From assembly GCA_976226885.1 (NCBI GenBank), contig OZ320321.1, positions 11,346,001 to 11,410,000 on the forward strand: DNA of 64,000 bases, read 5' to 3'. The translations under genes and the position numbers were made by a program. Below the pieces are notes generated by a model. That model was not told the origin of the DNA. It made no database searches and saw only the letters and a program-made list of their open reading frames with translations. The DNA is from Iphione sp. A-MEVVRFRX5. Its lineage: Eukaryota. Positions 62,960-64,000 of this stretch are shown here, piece by piece (positions within the stretch are counted from its first letter, which is position 1; every line of letters starts with the position of its first letter).

Positions 62960-63540
62960 AGGCTATTGCCAGCGCTAGCACTGTCAACCTGCTGAACGAT
63001 AGACATGCTGGAAGGCCGGCCGGCGAGTCAGTGTGGCCGAGGCCGGGGAGGAAAGAGGGAGACCAGGAATTCCTCAGAAAGACAAACACTCATGTAACTT
63101 GATAGCGATCTGTGGTGGGTGGGCAAAAGGTAAGAGAGAGAGAAAAACACGATGCCTCATTTGGTGGCACCTGCATTCATTCCCGGCCTGAAATAAAGTG
63201 AACCTCCTGAGGAGGGTGGGTGGGTGGTATCACACGAACGATAATATCATTTTGAGATGCCAAGGTGCAGAGAGGCTTTGACAAGAGATCTGACGTGATG
63301 AGCGCGGACGTATTAGAAACATGTAGTCTATTAAATGTTAAGCTCCGTACTGCATAAAGCTCAGCTGTATTCTCTGGTAGTGGACCTTACCGCTGCCACG
63401 TTGAAGCCGAAGGCGCTCAGATAGGCTGGCTCGTTGGTGATGAGGAGGTAGAAGGTAAAACTGCGAGCGAAGTGACAGATGTTCAAGCTTAGAACCGGAA
63501 GTGACGTAAAAATGGCGACCCAAGGAATTTTAGGCGTCTC
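48856..63540 (-). CDS. SLC17 family MFS transporter, divergent vesicular glutamate transporter (VGLUT)-like; 5'-partial: complement(join(48856..49403,51719..51803,52354..52481,53303..53413,57986..58118,63391..63540)), 384 aa in window
   Basis: Six GT-AG exons with compatible phases (0,1,1,0,1), 1155 nt in total, ending in TGA. The peptides align colinearly with the VGLUT C-terminal half as I recall it: IPWVAIFTSLPV, HFARSFTFYLLITNEPAY, LPH, IAD...[45 protein letters not shown]. Confidence 0.92.
50731..50993. repeat. Diverged direct duplication of ~105 bp in the last SLC17 intron
   Basis: ttcttctactctcttg(t/c)tctg(a/g)tgctgtca...ggcatata(t/c)ttctaat...ttacaggaat occurs at ~50731-50840 and ~50891-50993. 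Confidence 0.7.
51719..51803 (-). CDS. SLC17 exon (TIGEWQNVFLLSSGILIFAVIFYGAFAT), last TM helix
   Basis: Acceptor cctgtccgctgttgcag, donor g|gtgggt, 85 nt. Matches EWQxVF...VIFY. Confidence 0.92.
52354..52481 (-). CDS. SLC17 exon ([43 protein letters not shown])
   Basis: Acceptor gcttttcacag, donor cag|gtgagt, 128 nt. Carries the SLC17 signature NHLD(I/L)APRYA. Confidence 0.95.
53303..53413 (-). CDS. SLC17 exon (GYGMEALSFFALYFTDSGTLAIVFLTIGVSFSGITVS)
   Basis: Acceptor ttcatttatgttgcag, donor g|gtatgt, 111 nt. Matches VGLUT GFGMEA...GFSGFAIS. Confidence 0.9.
53625..54610. repeat. Degenerate ~40-bp minisatellite (ctacttaccccaatcagaactctattac...) in an SLC17 intron
   Basis: cagaact/cagagct recurs at ~40-bp spacing. 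Confidence 0.8.
56628..56642 (+). promoter_or_regulatory. CTCF-like motif (GGCCACCAGGTGGCG) in an SLC17 intron
   Basis: Close match to the CTCF consensus. Motif match only. Confidence 0.35.
56890..57387. repeat. 75-bp tandem repeat (ctaaaccccctccccacctgtacctacc...) in an SLC17 intron
   Basis: ctaaacccc at 56918, 56993, 57116, 57191, 57266 and 57341, with one partial unit. Confidence 0.88.
57986..58118 (-). CDS. SLC17 exon ([44 protein letters not shown])
   Basis: Acceptor tttgcttgtttcaccacag, donor g|gtacgt, 133 nt. Matches the VGLUT LPH...IAD...TNVRKL motif. Confidence 0.9.
58089..58630. repeat. ~189-bp tandem repeat (~2.9 copies) spanning an SLC17 intron/exon junction
   Basis: The acceptor AG (ct on the + strand) occurs at 58119-20, 58309-10 and 58497-98, giving periods of 190 and 188. 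Confidence 0.9.
62712..63056. repeat. Near-identical tandem duplication of a ~160-175-bp segment containing (CA)n and (CAT)n
   Basis: Copies at ~62712-62870 and 62881-63056 differ mainly in CAT repeat length and a few substitutions. Confidence 0.85.
63391..63540 (-). CDS. SLC17 exon (ETPKIPWVAIFTSLPVLSLNICHFARSFTFYLLITNEPAYLSAFGFNVAA)
   Basis: Acceptor tttttatcttctag, donor gcg|gtaagg, 150 nt. Matches the VGLUT TPWRKFFTSMPV...NFCRSWTFYLLL...QPAY motif. Not in the ORF track. Confidence 0.92.
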
Positions 63541-64000
63541 CTAGAAGATAAAAAAACAGAATAATCACGACTCAGAACACGATCGTTCAGTGCTNNNNNN
63601 NNNNNNNNNNNNNNNNNNNNNNNNNNNNNNNNNNNNNNNNNNNNNNNNNNNNNNNNNNNNNNNNNNNNNNNNNNNNNNNNNNNNNNNNNNNNNNNNNNNN
63701 NNNNNNNNNNNNNNNNNNNNNNNNNNNNNNNNNNNNNNNNNNNNNNNNNNNNNNNNNNNNNNNNNNNNNNNNNNNNNNNNNNNNNNNNNNNNNNNNNNNN
63801 NNNNNNNNNNNNNNNNNNNNNNNNNNNNNNNNNACCAAGGCAAATTTCAACAACTACATTACATGATTTTAGACAAGAGTTGCTGACAAGAGATGGAAAT
63901 TGCACGGGGCAGTAGGTGATCTTGATGGCAATAAACAACTTGGCCGAAGTCAAATAAACGTGTCAAAACAGCCTCGCGTTGTAAAACCTATTTATGCAAA

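Overview
Eukaryotic (animal) genomic DNA, not prokaryotic. It has spliceosomal introns, microsatellites, minisatellites and seven N-gaps. Composition and GC-rich codon use suggest an arthropod, possibly a decapod crustacean (inference only). Two genes converge. (1) A + strand C2H2 zinc-finger transcription factor: large coding exon 14244-16053, then two paralogous copies of the third-finger exon, at 22079-22221 (short terminal exon with AATAAA) and 22714-23978 (long terminal exon). The long form (1024 aa) ends in a ~45-aa module that closely resembles the C-terminus of MORC3 as I recall it; the short form (650 aa) lacks it. (2) The 3' six coding exons (63540 down to 48856, - strand) of a divergent VGLUT-like SLC17 transporter; its 5' exons lie outside the window. 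One of its acceptor sites is tandemly triplicated by a ~189-bp repeat. The rest is non-coding: three small TIR elements (MITE-like), several minisatellites, simple repeats and a few CTCF-like motifs. No rRNA, tRNA or CRISPR array was found. Most ORFs in the supplied track are low-complexity or antisense artefacts.
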